Source: Ruminococcus sp.
GTDB taxonomy: Bacteria > Bacillota > Clostridia > Oscillospirales > Ruminococcaceae
Assembly: GCA_017935095.1 (NCBI GenBank)
Contig: JAGBIH010000016.1
Span: 255-64,254, forward strand
Direction: 5' to 3'
DNA: 64,000 nt
Positions 37,831 to 48,219 of this stretch are shown here, in pieces. The notes beneath the pieces are model-generated. The model had not been told where the DNA came from, ran no database searches, and saw only the letters and a program-made list of their open reading frames with translations. A program made the translations under genes and the position numbers. Every line of letters begins with the position of its first letter. Within the stretch, counting starts at the first letter, position 1.

Positions 37831-38155
37831 TAAAAAAGCTCACAATCCAGGCATACTGCTATGCCGGGACAGGAGCTGAATAATCATCTTCTGCGGTGCC
37901 ACCCTGCTTGACGTATAATATACGTCCACTCTGTGTGTACTGACATACACCGGTTCCTGTAACGCAGAACCACAGCGTCTTACCTACTCAGAAAAATATC
38001 CGACCCGACATTCAATGTATGCGCAATAAACCAGGTCATATTCCTTCGGTTCGCCCTCAGAAGTCCATTCACCGCTGAAATGCATACCTGCTTGCACCAA
38101 ACGCAGGCTCTCTGAAATGCACCGCAGAAGCTACTTACTCTTCTTCAACAGTTTA
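37831..38155 (-). promoter_or_regulatory. T-box riboswitch with Trp (UGG) specifier
   Basis: On the minus strand: AGAGAG and GGTGCAAG stem I motifs, GAA-TGG specifier (38065-38067), GGGTGGCACCGC T-box (~37893-37904), terminator. TTGACA-17-TAAAAT promoter at 38160-38188. Confidence 0.9.
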
Positions 38156-38256
38156 CTGCATTTTATCATGATTTGAAGCCGATGTCAAGAGCATGAACAG
38201 TATTTTTCTGTTTTTCACAAAAACGAAGCGGTTATAATTATGAATTATTAGCAAAA

Positions 38257-38284
38257 TAAAACAGCACCCTGAGGTGCTGTTTTA
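38257..38284 (-). terminator. Terminator of the ABC operon
   Basis: TAAAACAGCACC-ctga-GGTGCTGTTTTA. Confidence 0.7.
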
Positions 38285-38301
38285 AATAAATTTGCTGCTG
38301 T

Positions 38302-39678
38302 TTACGAAATACCGGCAAGCTCCTTGAATTTCTGAGCAAAGGTATTGAGTGAATTTTTACCTGTAATATCCTTCATACTGATAAGAGCACCGGTATATTC
38401 TCCGTTGATGAATGTGTAACACTGTTCATTGCCCGCATCTGTAATCTGATAAGTCAGTTCGGAGCCGTCCTCAAGGAAATAAACGGCAGTAAGAATCGGG
38501 TCTGTAATCTCAGGTTCAGTTTCAATGTCGATTTCCATGATATGGATATAAGAGAAGGCATTGAAATAGTTATTGAGCGCATACCATAATTCAGTATTAT
38601 TAAGGTCGAGAGCCTTTCCGTCGCAGGTAGCCTTGTTTTCGTCTGTATTGACTGTAAAGACTTCCTTTTTATCGTTATAGGTCAGTTCAAAGCCTGTGAT
38701 GCTCTGGAGATTTGTATTGGATATAGAGGTCTGGATGAAGTCTATAGGTGAGTAGGTAAGGAATATAAGCTCTCCTGTATAGAACATCATAACCTGATTA
38801 TCCTCAGAAAGAGCATGATAATATGTGCCTGTGTTATCTGCTGCGTTACCGAAGATATATTTTACCTCTGTACCGTCAGTGCCCTTGATAATTGCCTCTG
38901 CGAAAGGCTTATCGAAGCCGTATTTTTTCAGGTCTGTAAAATTCTCCTCAAGCATTTCCACAGCAGTAAGACGTGTGAGTACTGTTGTGACAGCGCTTAC
39001 GGCAGTCTGGTCGAAGGTAAAGCGTGAGTATTCTTCAGGGAGTGACCATTCTCTTGACTCAGTGTCATATTTAAGTGTATAAGCTGTAGTACCGTTTCTT
39101 TTTACAGTGATTTCAGCGATTTCACCGTCGTCATATGGCAACAGCTCATCTGATTTAAGGAACATTTTGTTGGTTTTAAGTACACTTCCGTAGAGAATAT
39201 CAATTGCATAGATAGTATCTCGTCCCTCGATCATAACATAGTAGTAGTTTGCGGTAGGGCTCTGATCGCCTACATAAACCTTATATGTCTGGTCAGCACC
39301 GGTGAGAACTATCGTAGACGGGTTATTAAGACCATACATGGCTTTTTTCTCATCGTCAGCAGTACCATAGCTTTCTTCAGCTGAGAGATACGACATACAT
39401 GAGCAGACGTCATTGATATAAGTGGTGCTGAGATCGAATTCGGGGTTTTCAAGCTGCCATTCGTCGTCCACGAGATTTACTGTATAATTCTGGTTATCAA
39501 AGGAAAATTCTGCTTTAGTGATGGTTTCAGGATCAAAGCTGAACAATTCGAGGTCATTGAGCTCTTCAAGCTGCTGCTGAGTTTTTTTCTCCTCTTTGTT
39601 TTTTACGCCGAGGAATACACCGATTGTCGTTGCAGCAGCAATCAGGAGAACAATTATAGCGATAATCTGTTTTTTCAT
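38302..39678 (-). CDS. DUF4340-like membrane-anchored protein
   Basis: N-terminal TM, repeated YGL/YGF..P motifs, last gene of a Gld-like operon. Confidence 0.7.
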   Translation of the reverse strand: MKKQIIAIIVLLIAAATTIGVFLGVKNKEEKKTQQQLEELNDLELFSFDPETITKAEFSFDNQNYTVNLVDDEWQLENPEFDLSTTYINDVCSCMSYLSAEESYGTADDEKKAMYGLNNPSTIVLTGADQTYKVYVGDQSPTANYYYVMIEGRDTIYAIDILYGSVLKTNKMFLKSDELLPYDDGEIAEITVKRNGTTAYTLKYDTESREWSLPEEYSRFTFDQTAVSAVTTVLTRLTAVEMLEENFTDLKKYGFDKPFAEAIIKGTDGTEVKYIFGNAADNTGTYYHALSEDNQVMMFYTGELIFLTYSPIDFIQTSISNTNLQSITGFELTYNDKKEVFTVNTDENKATCDGKALDLNNTELWYALNNYFNAFSYIHIMEIDIETEPEITDPILTAVYFLEDGSELTYQITDAGNEQCYTFINGEYTGALISMKDITGKNSLNTFAQKFKELAGIS

Positions 39679-41249
39679 TATGCGTGTCTCCTTTTAAGCC
39701 ATACAATAACACCTATTACAGCAACAGCAACAGGTACTATTACGATAAGTGCAAGAGTTTTTTCAGCCTGAGCCTTAGTTTTGAAGGTCATGGAGTCATA
39801 ATGGCTTATCTTGTTGCCGATACCCATTTCGATATCAGAATCGTGGAGCCATGTATTACTGAAGAGAGCGAGAGTACCTGTACCGTTTACAGAAGGAGAA
39901 ACAAGTTCTGCGTCGATCATATCTGTAGTACCGAAAACGATGATTTTGCCTCCGGTCATTTTATTATAGGAATAGAAGCCAAAATCAAGCAGCACATTAT
40001 TCAGCTCCTTGTCAGCCTCTGCAGCTGATTCACTGTCGCCGCCCATGGACTTGCTTTCTGTTGTATAGGCAGTACCTGTTGAATCGGGAACATTTCTGAT
40101 AATTGATGATTTTTCAATATAGCTTGCACCGACATATGCAGTATCCGGGAGCTCATAGAAGCTTCTTGTATTCGAGATACCTGCTGTATAACCGCCTTCA
40201 CTTACAAGAATGTTGAGGTCGGTTGTGAGATCTTCTGTGAAGTCATCTGTTGCAGGAGTATACTGGACACGCATGAAATAAGGGCTCTGCTGGCCTTCTC
40301 TGTCGTAAAGCTGATTAACGGGGAGTGATTCTGAAACGATATTGTAGTCCATTCCGAGACCGAATTCTGCGAGAAGCGCCTCGATATTTGTGAATCTGCC
40401 GCCTGTTTCGCAAGGTGGGATAAGGAATGAAACAGAACCGCCGTTTTCGAGATAGGTGTCGAGGAGAGCTTTTTCCTTGTTGGTGATATCCTTCTGCGGT
40501 CCTGCTATATAGATAATAGCAGCGTTATCAGGGATAGCACCAGCCTCATCGAGGTTAAGCTCTTCTACATTATAGTTTTTAGCTCTTATCTGGTTAGCGT
40601 AAATAGTAAAGCCCTTCAGCTGTTCTTCGGAAACCTGATCGTTTTCGATATCTTCGATGGATATTGGTTCGCCGACTGATTTTTCGCCATGTCCTGTAAG
40701 GAAATAGATTGTAGGCAGAGAACCGCTTGTACAGATCTTTATAGCGCCTGCGATAAGCTCTTCGCCGGCATAGTAGTCTATACCGTCGGCACCGGACTGG
40801 AAGATTTTGCTGTGGTCAATTTTCTTTATTACGTCAGTATCTGTATCTTTATTATGGTATCTTACAAAAACGTCGGCTTCGGAAGTTCCGATGGTGCCTG
40901 TAGGGTCAAGCAGTCTGGAGAGTGCTGTATTTTCATCGGGATTGAAGCAGGTGAGCTTTATATTGTCACGTGCATCAAGCTTTGTAAGGGTGTGATAAAG
41001 CGGGAGGAATTCAGGAGCATCCTGAAGATACTGGAGCTTAGAAAGGAAATAGATATCAATTTCCTTATCTGAGGTTTCGTCAAGAAGCTGAACAGTTTTG
41101 TCGTTCAGTGTATATTTACCCTCAGGAGTCATATCGTAGACCTTGTCGTAGTAGCTGACGATAAGGTTTATCGGAACAAAAATTGCAAGAATAAGCAGGG
41201 CGATTACTATAGCTATCGGACCTGACAGATTGAATTTACGTTTTTTCAT
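39678..41249 (-). CDS. GldG-like ABC accessory protein
   Basis: DMT...YTL, IYFLTGHGE, IAGPQKD, YLENGG, C-terminal TM plus KRR. Confidence 0.8.
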   Translation of the reverse strand: MKKRKFNLSGPIAIVIALLILAIFVPINLIVSYYDKVYDMTPEGKYTLNDKTVQLLDETSDKEIDIYFLSKLQYLQDAPEFLPLYHTLTKLDARDNIKLTCFNPDENTALSRLLDPTGTIGTSEADVFVRYHNKDTDTDVIKKIDHSKIFQSGADGIDYYAGEELIAGAIKICTSGSLPTIYFLTGHGEKSVGEPISIEDIENDQVSEEQLKGFTIYANQIRAKNYNVEELNLDEAGAIPDNAAIIYIAGPQKDITNKEKALLDTYLENGGSVSFLIPPCETGGRFTNIEALLAEFGLGMDYNIVSESLPVNQLYDREGQQSPYFMRVQYTPATDDFTEDLTTDLNILVSEGGYTAGISNTRSFYELPDTAYVGASYIEKSSIIRNVPDSTGTAYTTESKSMGGDSESAAEADKELNNVLLDFGFYSYNKMTGGKIIVFGTTDMIDAELVSPSVNGTGTLALFSNTWLHDSDIEMGIGNKISHYDSMTFKTKAQAEKTLALIVIVPVAVAVIGVIVWLKRRHA

Positions 41250-41255
41250 AGAAGC

Positions 41256-41990
41256 TTACCCCCTGTTCCAGCGTCTTTTCTCGATAGAAATATAAGTCCA
41301 TGAGAGAAAAACGATAATTGCCGAGATAAAGAATACGAGGTCAGAGAGTCTGATAAAGCCCTGAGAGAAGTAAGCGAATCTTGGCTGAGCGGCGAATGAA
41401 TAGATTACCGACTGAAGCTTCGGATACTGTGCAATGAACGGACTGCGTGAGAAGTCGTCGATAAAGAGGAAAACGAACATTATAAGCTCACCGATAATGG
41501 CAGCGATAATGGAGTTTTCGGTAAATGAAGAAATGAGCATTCCGAGTGTAATGAACATTACGCCCCAGAAGAAGAAGCCTATGTAAGCGCAGATAAGCTG
41601 GCTGACAACGATTTCGCCGTTAAGAACGGTGAGGATGGGGAAAAGTGCAGAGCCTGCGATCATGAAGATGAAGACAGTAACATTTGCAAGGAATTTTCCC
41701 ATAACTATTTTGAATACACTGATCGGGGAGGACATAAGCAGGACCTCTGTGCCGAACTTACGCTCATCGGCGAAGGTGCGCATAGTGAGAATCGGGATGA
41801 GGAACATGAAGAAAAAGATAATATCGTAGAAGATGAGTGTAAACGAGAAAATGATAGTATTTGATTCTTCGATATCTGCTATGTAATTACCGAACATATA
41901 GGAGAAGAGGAGCATAAACAGTGCAGTAATTGCGTAAGCAAAGGGAGTATAGAAGAAAGACTGAAGCTCCTTTTTATAAATTGGAAACAT
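41256..41990 (-). CDS. ABC-2 permease (GldF-like)
   Basis: KKELQSFF.TPFAY, PILTMRTFADERKFGT..LL..P, GKFLA. Confidence 0.85.
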   Translation of the reverse strand: MFPIYKKELQSFFYTPFAYAITALFMLLFSYMFGNYIADIEESNTIIFSFTLIFYDIIFFFMFLIPILTMRTFADERKFGTEVLLMSSPISVFKIVMGKFLANVTVFIFMIAGSALFPILTVLNGEIVVSQLICAYIGFFFWGVMFITLGMLISSFTENSIIAAIIGELIMFVFLFIDDFSRSPFIAQYPKLQSVIYSFAAQPRFAYFSQGFIRLSDLVFFISAIIVFLSWTYISIEKRRWNRG

Positions 41991-41991
41991 T

Positions 41992-43074
41992 TTAGTTTTC
42001 CTCCTTTTCATCAGAGTTTTTATCGCCGGCGGCAGAAGTGCTTTCCTTATCCGGATTGCTTTCGGCATCGGCAGAGGCATCCTCTTTGGTTTCGGGAACG
42101 ATTTCGTCAAGAAGGTCTGCGAGCTTTGTCTGCTTGACAGGACGATTGATAAGCTCAATAAAGACGTTTTCAAGGTTAGGCTTATCGGTATACATTTCAA
42201 GTATATTTATATCATTTTTAATAAGCGAGGTCATAAGCTCGGACTTGATGGTGTCAGCGTCGCCTTCAAGCTGAACTGTAAAGGAGAATATTTCGCTGCC
42301 TTCATCGTCGATAGCGGTGATTTCCTTGACGCCGTTTGTCATTTCGATAACAGAAGCGCATTTACCCCTTAAGCCTTTTATTTTAATATGAAGGACGAGT
42401 GTGGAATTGAATGAGCTTTCAAGATTTTCGATAGTATCTATAGCTCTGATATCGCCCTTGTTGATAATAACAACACGGTCACAGACTGCACTTACTTCAC
42501 TGAGGATATGAGAGCTGAAAATAACCGAATGTTCTTTTTTAAGGTCCTTGATGATTTTTCTTACTTCAATTACCTGGTTGGGGTCAAGACCAACAGTAGG
42601 CTCGTCCAGAATGAGGAATTTCGGATTTCCGAGAAGAGCCTGAGCGAAGCCTACACGCTGCTTGTAGCCTTTAGAAAGGTTACGTATAAGCTTTCCCTGA
42701 ACATCAACTATTTTCAGAAGCTCCATAACACGTTTGATTTCTTTTTTTCTTTCGCCAAGCGGAATCTGTTTGATTCCTGCGCAGAAGGAGAGGTATTCCT
42801 TTACCTTCATATCAGGGTAAACAGGAGGAATTTCAGGAAGATAGCCGATATTCTTCTTTGCCTTTACGGGCTCTTTTGTGATATCCGTACCGAAGATTTT
42901 AACAATACCGTCAGACATCGGCAGAAATTCGGCGATCATGTTCATAGTTGTGGATTTACCTGCACCGTTAGGTCCGAGGAATCCAAGAATCTCATTATCA
43001 TTTATTGTAAAACTGATATTATTTACGGCACGGTTATTGCCATAATATTTTGTAAGATTTTCAATAGTAATCAT
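41992..43074 (-). CDS. ABC transporter ATP-binding protein (GldA-like)
   Basis: GPNGAGKST, LSKGYKQR, LILDEPT. Confidence 0.92.
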   Translation of the reverse strand: MITIENLTKYYGNNRAVNNISFTINDNEILGFLGPNGAGKSTTMNMIAEFLPMSDGIVKIFGTDITKEPVKAKKNIGYLPEIPPVYPDMKVKEYLSFCAGIKQIPLGERKKEIKRVMELLKIVDVQGKLIRNLSKGYKQRVGFAQALLGNPKFLILDEPTVGLDPNQVIEVRKIIKDLKKEHSVIFSSHILSEVSAVCDRVVIINKGDIRAIDTIENLESSFNSTLVLHIKIKGLRGKCASVIEMTNGVKEITAIDDEGSEIFSFTVQLEGDADTIKSELMTSLIKNDINILEMYTDKPNLENVFIELINRPVKQTKLADLLDEIVPETKEDASADAESNPDKESTSAAGDKNSDEKEEN

Positions 43075-43448
43075 GAGTTTCTCCTTTCATAAAAAAGATT
43101 TTGGAGATATAAAAATATACTCTCATATTATCTCAGAATTATATTAACGTGATATTAACAAAATATTAATAAATTGTTAAAAGAGATAAAATGCATTGAA
43201 TTCAGATAAGGGTCTTGTAATAACTTACTGATAAATATTATAGCCAATGTGTGTGGATTTTGTGAAAGATTATTGTAAGAGAGATGAATCTTGATGGTTA
43301 TTTTTAAAACTTAAAATCTATTCACATACTGTTTAGATACAGCAAGAAACAAGAGTTTGAGGGGTAGACAAAATGTACAAAAATAAATTTGCGAATGTGT
43401 GCATTGCACCAAAAAAATTTTTCAAAATAGAGAAAAACACGCAAACTG

Positions 43449-43477
43449 TTGACAGAAGCAAAAATGTGGAATATAAT
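43449..43477 (+). promoter_or_regulatory. sigmaA promoter of cel48
   Basis: Perfect TTGACA-17-TATAAT. Confidence 0.75.
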
Positions 43478-43598
43478 TAGTTTGAAAATAGTTTGAGATT
43501 TGCGTGATGGTTTCGTGAAGCCTTACGCAGTGCGAAGTATTTTCTTCATTTTCAAACCACTTTTAATCTAAAATTTATTATGAGAGGGGTAAAAAATT

Positions 43599-46106
43599 AT
43601 GATAAGCAAAAAGAACAAGGCTCTCGTAGCTGGCGTCCTCGCTGCAGGAATGTCTGCTTCAGCTGTAGTACCTGCTATGTCTTCAGCAGCTAACAGCTAC
43701 GCTACAGAGGGTAATGCACACAAGTCTTATGCATCTCAGTTTGAGGCTCTTTACGAAGATGTTATGACTAACGGTGTTGAGAACGGCTATCTCAGCTCAC
43801 TCAACAACGGCGGAGATTCATTCGGAATTCCTTTCCACGCAGTAGAAACACTCGTTGTTGAGGCTCCTGACTACGGTCACCTCACAACATCAGAGGCTAT
43901 GTCCTACATTGTATGGGTAGCTGCAATGCACGATGTTCTCGCTAACAAAGGCATCATCAGCGGCGGTTCTGACCTCAGCAAGGCTTGGACAACTCTTGAG
44001 GCTATGATCCCTGGTTGGTCTGAGGCTGCAGACAGATCTGATATCAAGTATGAGACAATCTGGAAGCAGGAGAGACTTAAGGCTGATACAGCTACAGAAG
44101 AGGATCTCCCTCAGAGCTATCCTGCAAAGAAGAACGGCGTAGACGCTATCAACCCACTTTATGAAACATTCAAGACGGCTTACGGCAGCGACAAGGGTTA
44201 CTACCTCATGAACTGGCTCGCAGACGTTAACGACTGGTACGGCTTCGGCGGTGCAACACCAGGCGCAGGCAACGGTAACTTCGTATTTATCAATACATTC
44301 CAGAGAGGTGAGCAGGAGTCCTGTTTCGAAACAGTTCCTCATCCATGTCTCGAAGAACTTGAGTGGGGTAATAGTCAGGATGGTATCAAGGGTATCTTCA
44401 ATGGTGTAGGCGAAGGTACTGCACAGTACTCTTTCACAAACGCTCCTGACGCTGAGGATCGTGCTATTCAGGCTATCTACTTTGCAAATCAGTGGGGCGT
44501 AAATACTGGCGAGCTTTCTGCTCTTGCTGGTAAGATGGGTGACCAGTGCCGTAACGACATGTTCGATAAGTACTATCACAAGATCGGCTGCCAGGACATC
44601 GACTCTGCTTCTGCAGGTCTCGACAGCCAGCACTTCCTCATGGCTTGGTATACAGCTTGGGGCGGCGCTCTTACAGCTTCTTACGGTGATTACTCATGGG
44701 CATGGCAGATCGGATGCTCACATTCACATCAGTTCTATCAGAACCCACTTGCTGCATACAGCCTTATCTATGATTCAAAGATCAACGCTGGTATGGAAGC
44801 AAGCGGCGCTACAGAGGACTATGAGGAATCCCTCAAGAGACAGATCGAAATGTACCTCTGGCTCCAGTCTGTTGACGGACCATTCGCTGGTGGTTGTACA
44901 AACTCCTACAGAGGACGTTATGAGAAGTACCCAGCAGATTATCCGTTATTCTATGACATGGTTTATGTTCCACACCCTGTATACGCTGACCCGGGTTCAA
45001 ACCACTGGATCGGTAACCAGGTATGGTCAACACAGCGTCTTGCTGAGCTTTACTACTATGTAAAGACACAGGGCGATATGACAGGCGGCATGAAGTTCGG
45101 CGGTCTCTCACTTGAGGACGCTCTTGATGCACTTCTTTCAAGATGGATTGCTTGGTTCGAAGAGAATACTCACTTCAACTGGGTTGCTCCGGACGGAACA
45201 GAGTATACATATTGTATCCCATCAACTCTTGACTGGGGTGAAAGTGATACAGACTATTCATGTGCTCCTGATAGTTGGTCAGGTAAATATAATCCTGACG
45301 GCAACCAGAAGCTCAAGCCAACAATCGCTGGTTATGGCCAGGGAGACGTAGGATGCGTATCTTCACTCTGTAATACTCTCATCTACTACGCTGCAGCTAA
45401 GGGCGTTGATGCTTCTGCTGCTATGACAGATGACAATACAACAGTTGAGGCTAAGGGTCTCCGTCTTGCTAACAAGCTCCTCAGCGCTCAGTGGGGTCAG
45501 GGCCGTGACGATATCGGTGTTTCCTTCACAGAGAGCAACGGAAGCCTTAAGCGTATCTTCGAGGAGAAAGTTTATATTCCTAAAAACTACAAGGGCACAA
45601 TGCCTGACGGTTCTAAGCTCGAGTACGGCGCTACATTCTCCTCAATCCGTGGCGTATATGCTTCAGATCCTATGTATCAGGCTTGTAAGGAAGTTTATGA
45701 TGCAACTGGCGAAACAAAAGATTACGAGTACAAGCTCCACAGATTCTGGCATGCTGGTGACGCTCTTATGTCCTACGGTGCTATGGCACTTCTCTATCCA
45801 GATGTAACTCCTATTGAAGAGTTAGCTTCCGGTGAGTCTACAGAGGTAGGTCCTGGAACAACAGATCCAACAACCCCATCTACTGGCGATGTTCTCTGGG
45901 GCGACTCAAACGTTGACGGCGAAGTAAATATGGCTGACGCTGTACTTATCATGCAGTCAATCGCTAATCCTAACACATATTCAATTACTGCACAGGGTAA
46001 GCTTAACGGTGACGTTTACCAGAACGGCAGCGGTATCACAAACTCTGACGCACTCTCAATTCAGAAGTATAAGCTCCAGCTTATCGATGAACTTCCTGAG
46101 TCGTAA
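43599..46106 (+). CDS. cel48A: GH48 cellobiohydrolase with dockerin (major cellulosomal exoglucanase)
   Basis: EAPDYGH.TTSEAMSY, FINTFQRGEQES, TNAPDAE, HQFYQNP, HRFWH, C-terminal dockerin. Confidence 0.93.
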   Translation: MISKKNKALVAGVLAAGMSASAVVPAMSSAANSYATEGNAHKSYASQFEALYEDVMTNGVENGYLSSLNNGGDSFGIPFHAVETLVVEAPDYGHLTTSEAMSYIVWVAAMHDVLANKGIISGGSDLSKAWTTLEAMIPGWSEAADRSDIKYETIWKQERLKADTATEEDLPQSYPAKKNGVDAINPLYETFKTAYGSDKGYYLMNWLADVNDWYGFGGATPGAGNGNFVFINTFQRGEQESCFETVPHPCLEELEWGNSQDGIKGIFNGVGEGTAQYSFTNAPDAEDRAIQAIYFANQWGVNTGELSALAGKMGDQCRNDMFDKYYHKIGCQDIDSASAGLDSQHFLMAWYTAWGGALTASYGDYSWAWQIGCSHSHQFYQNPLAAYSLIYDSKINAGMEASGATEDYEESLKRQIEMYLWLQSVDGPFAGGCTNSYRGRYEKYPADYPLFYDMVYVPHPVYADPGSNHWIGNQVWSTQRLAELYYYVKTQGDMTGGMKFGGLSLEDALDALLSRWIAWFEENTHFNWVAPDGTEYTYCIPSTLDWGESDTDYSCAPDSWSGKYNPDGNQKLKPTIAGYGQGDVGCVSSLCNTLIYYAAAKGVDASAAMTDDNTTVEAKGLRLANKLLSAQWGQGRDDIGVSFTESNGSLKRIFEEKVYIPKNYKGTMPDGSKLEYGATFSSIRGVYASDPMYQACKEVYDATGETKDYEYKLHRFWHAGDALMSYGAMALLYPDVTPIEELASGESTEVGPGTTDPTTPSTGDVLWGDSNVDGEVNMADAVLIMQSIANPNTYSITAQGKLNGDVYQNGSGITNSDALSIQKYKLQLIDELPES

Positions 46107-46124
46107 TTCAATAATTGATAAATT

Positions 46125-46153
46125 AAAGAGGACACTTCGGTGTCCTCTTTTTT
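46125..46153 (+). terminator. cel48 terminator
   Basis: AAAGAGGACAC-ttcg-GTGTCCTCTTT plus T tract. Confidence 0.85.
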
Positions 46154-46278
46154 GTATGCGTCCAATACGTTTTATTTCTTAAAAATGCTTGCATTTTCTG
46201 CTGCTAAGTGTTATAATATAATAGTATAGTTATGCGATTATACGCAATGTACATATTATATAGAAAGCAGGCGATAAG

Positions 46279-47157
46279 GTGCTCAGAAGTATGACCGGCT
46301 ACGGCAGATCGCAGAAAATTATCAACGGGCGTGACATTATTGTGGAAATACGCTCTGTAAATCATAGATATTATGAGTATTCTTCACGAATTCCCCGTGC
46401 TTACAATTATATTGACGAAAAACTTAAAGCTCTCCTTAAAACCGGTATTTCACGTGGTAAGGTTGAAGTTTTGGTTACAATCAATAATATCGAGGGCAGG
46501 GATACGGAAATTGCAATCAACAAAGGCATTGCAGAGGGATACGTTTCAGCTCTCAGAAGTGTTTCCGAAGAGCTTGCTCTTGAGGACGACATCTCGCTTT
46601 CAAATCTTATAAGATTTCCTGATATTTTCAGTATCCAGAAAACTCCTGACGATGAGGAACAGATCTGGACTGACGTTTCGGAGGTTGCTTGTGAGGCTCT
46701 TGATAAATTTGTTGAAATGCGTAAGGTTGAGGGCGAACGCCTCAGAAACGATATTATCGGAAAAGCCAATTTTATCATTGATATGGTGAGTCGGGTTGAG
46801 GAGCTTTCGCCGCAGACGGTTGAAAATTACAGAAATCGCTTGTATCAGAAATTAAGTGAGCTTCTGGAAAACAGAGACATAGATGAGTCGAGAATACTTA
46901 CAGAGGCTGCGATTTTTTCTGAGAAAATTGCAGTCGATGAGGAAACTGTAAGACTCAGAAGCCATATTTCTCAGCTTAAAGATATGCTTAACTCAGAGGA
47001 CGCTGTGGGCAGAAAGCTTGATTTCATTGTTCAGGAAATCAACAGAGAGGTAAATACTATCGGCTCTAAGGCTCAGGATCTGAATATCACTAAAATTGTA
47101 GTTGATATGAAGGCTGAAATTGAAAAAATCCGTGAGCAGATTCAGAATATTGAGTAG
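46279..47157 (+). CDS. yicC: YicC/YloC family endoribonuclease
   Basis: [43 protein letters not shown]. Confidence 0.92.
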   Translation: MLRSMTGYGRSQKIINGRDIIVEIRSVNHRYYEYSSRIPRAYNYIDEKLKALLKTGISRGKVEVLVTINNIEGRDTEIAINKGIAEGYVSALRSVSEELALEDDISLSNLIRFPDIFSIQKTPDDEEQIWTDVSEVACEALDKFVEMRKVEGERLRNDIIGKANFIIDMVSRVEELSPQTVENYRNRLYQKLSELLENRDIDESRILTEAAIFSEKIAVDEETVRLRSHISQLKDMLNSEDAVGRKLDFIVQEINREVNTIGSKAQDLNITKIVVDMKAEIEKIREQIQNIE

Positions 47158-47164
47158 GTGGACT

Positions 47165-47422
47165 ATGAAGCTTATAAATATCGGCTATGGAAATATGGTC
47201 TCAGCCGACAGAATAGTCACAATTGTAAGTCCTGAATCAGCCCCTATAAAAAGACTCGTTCAGGAGTCACGTGACGACGGCAGAGCTATTGACGCAACCT
47301 ATGGACGTAAAACAAGGGCTGTTATAATCATGGACAGCGGACATATCATTCTGTCGTCCCTGATTACAGATACACTTGCAGCAAGAATTAATGGAACAGG
47401 AGGGTCCGACGAACATGAGTAA
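47165..47422 (+). CDS. remA: RemA (DUF370) regulator
   Basis: [22 protein letters not shown]...[12 protein letters not shown]. Confidence 0.9.
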   Translation: MKLINIGYGNMVSADRIVTIVSPESAPIKRLVQESRDDGRAIDATYGRKTRAVIIMDSGHIILSSLITDTLAARINGTGGSDEHE

Positions 47423-48020
47423 AGGACGACTAATCGTATTTTCTGCTCCTTCAGGATGCGGAAAAGGAACTATGCTTGCAGAAATTCTCAAGGACGAGCA
47501 TTTCCGCTGTTCAGTTTCTGCAACTACAAGAGAGCCTCGTGCCGGAGAAATAGACGGAGTTAATTACCATTTCTTCTCACGTGAGTATTTTGAACAGAGG
47601 ATTCAGGAGGGTGCTTTCCTTGAACACGCCGAATATTGCGAAAATCTGTACGGAACCCTTCTGAGTGAGGTGGATGACGGCCTTGAAAATGGTATTGATG
47701 TCATTCTTGAAATAGAAGTTCAGGGAGCTTTGAAAATAATGGAAAAGCGTCCTGAAGCAATTTTTGTGTTTATTACTCCGCCTTCAATCGCTGAATTGAG
47801 ACGCCGCCTTAAAAAAAGAGGTACAGAGTCCGATGAGGTTATTGAGAAGCGGATTTCAAAGGCTGCCGGGGAAATCGCTCAGGCAAAAAAATATGATTAT
47901 GTTATTGTCAACGACGCTCTTGAGGATGCTGTGAGTGACTTTTTGGCCGTAATACGTGCGGAAAAGCTTAAAGCAGAATTCTCAGGCGATTTAATAGATG
48001 AGGTGATAAAAAATGCTTAG
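47415..48020 (+). CDS. gmk: Guanylate kinase
   Basis: [31 protein letters not shown]. Confidence 0.93.
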   Translation: MSKGRLIVFSAPSGCGKGTMLAEILKDEHFRCSVSATTREPRAGEIDGVNYHFFSREYFEQRIQEGAFLEHAEYCENLYGTLLSEVDDGLENGIDVILEIEVQGALKIMEKRPEAIFVFITPPSIAELRRRLKKRGTESDEVIEKRISKAAGEIAQAKKYDYVIVNDALEDAVSDFLAVIRAEKLKAEFSGDLIDEVIKNA

Positions 48021-48219
48021 ACCTGCTGTAAACCAGATTATTTCAAAGAATGAAAGCTGCTATTCTCTTGTAATTGCCGTTGCTAAGCGTGCAAGAGAAA
48101 TTTCACAGGACCTTTATGAGAACAATCAGATTCTTGAGGAAAAGCCTGTAAAGACAGCTGTTGAGGAGCTTGCAAACGGCAAGTGCAAAATTGTCAGCAC
48201 AGATTCTGTAGAAGAATAA
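48013..48219 (+). CDS. rpoZ: RNA polymerase omega subunit
   Basis: YSLVIAVAKRAREI...KPVKTAVEE, synteny. Confidence 0.9.
   Translation: MLRPAVNQIISKNESCYSLVIAVAKRAREISQDLYENNQILEEKPVKTAVEELANGKCKIVSTDSVEE

Noticed and set aside
43890-45976. Long overlapping ORFs within cel48 (likewise in tex, manA, pknB)
   Set aside because: Shadow frames caused by codon bias in real genes.
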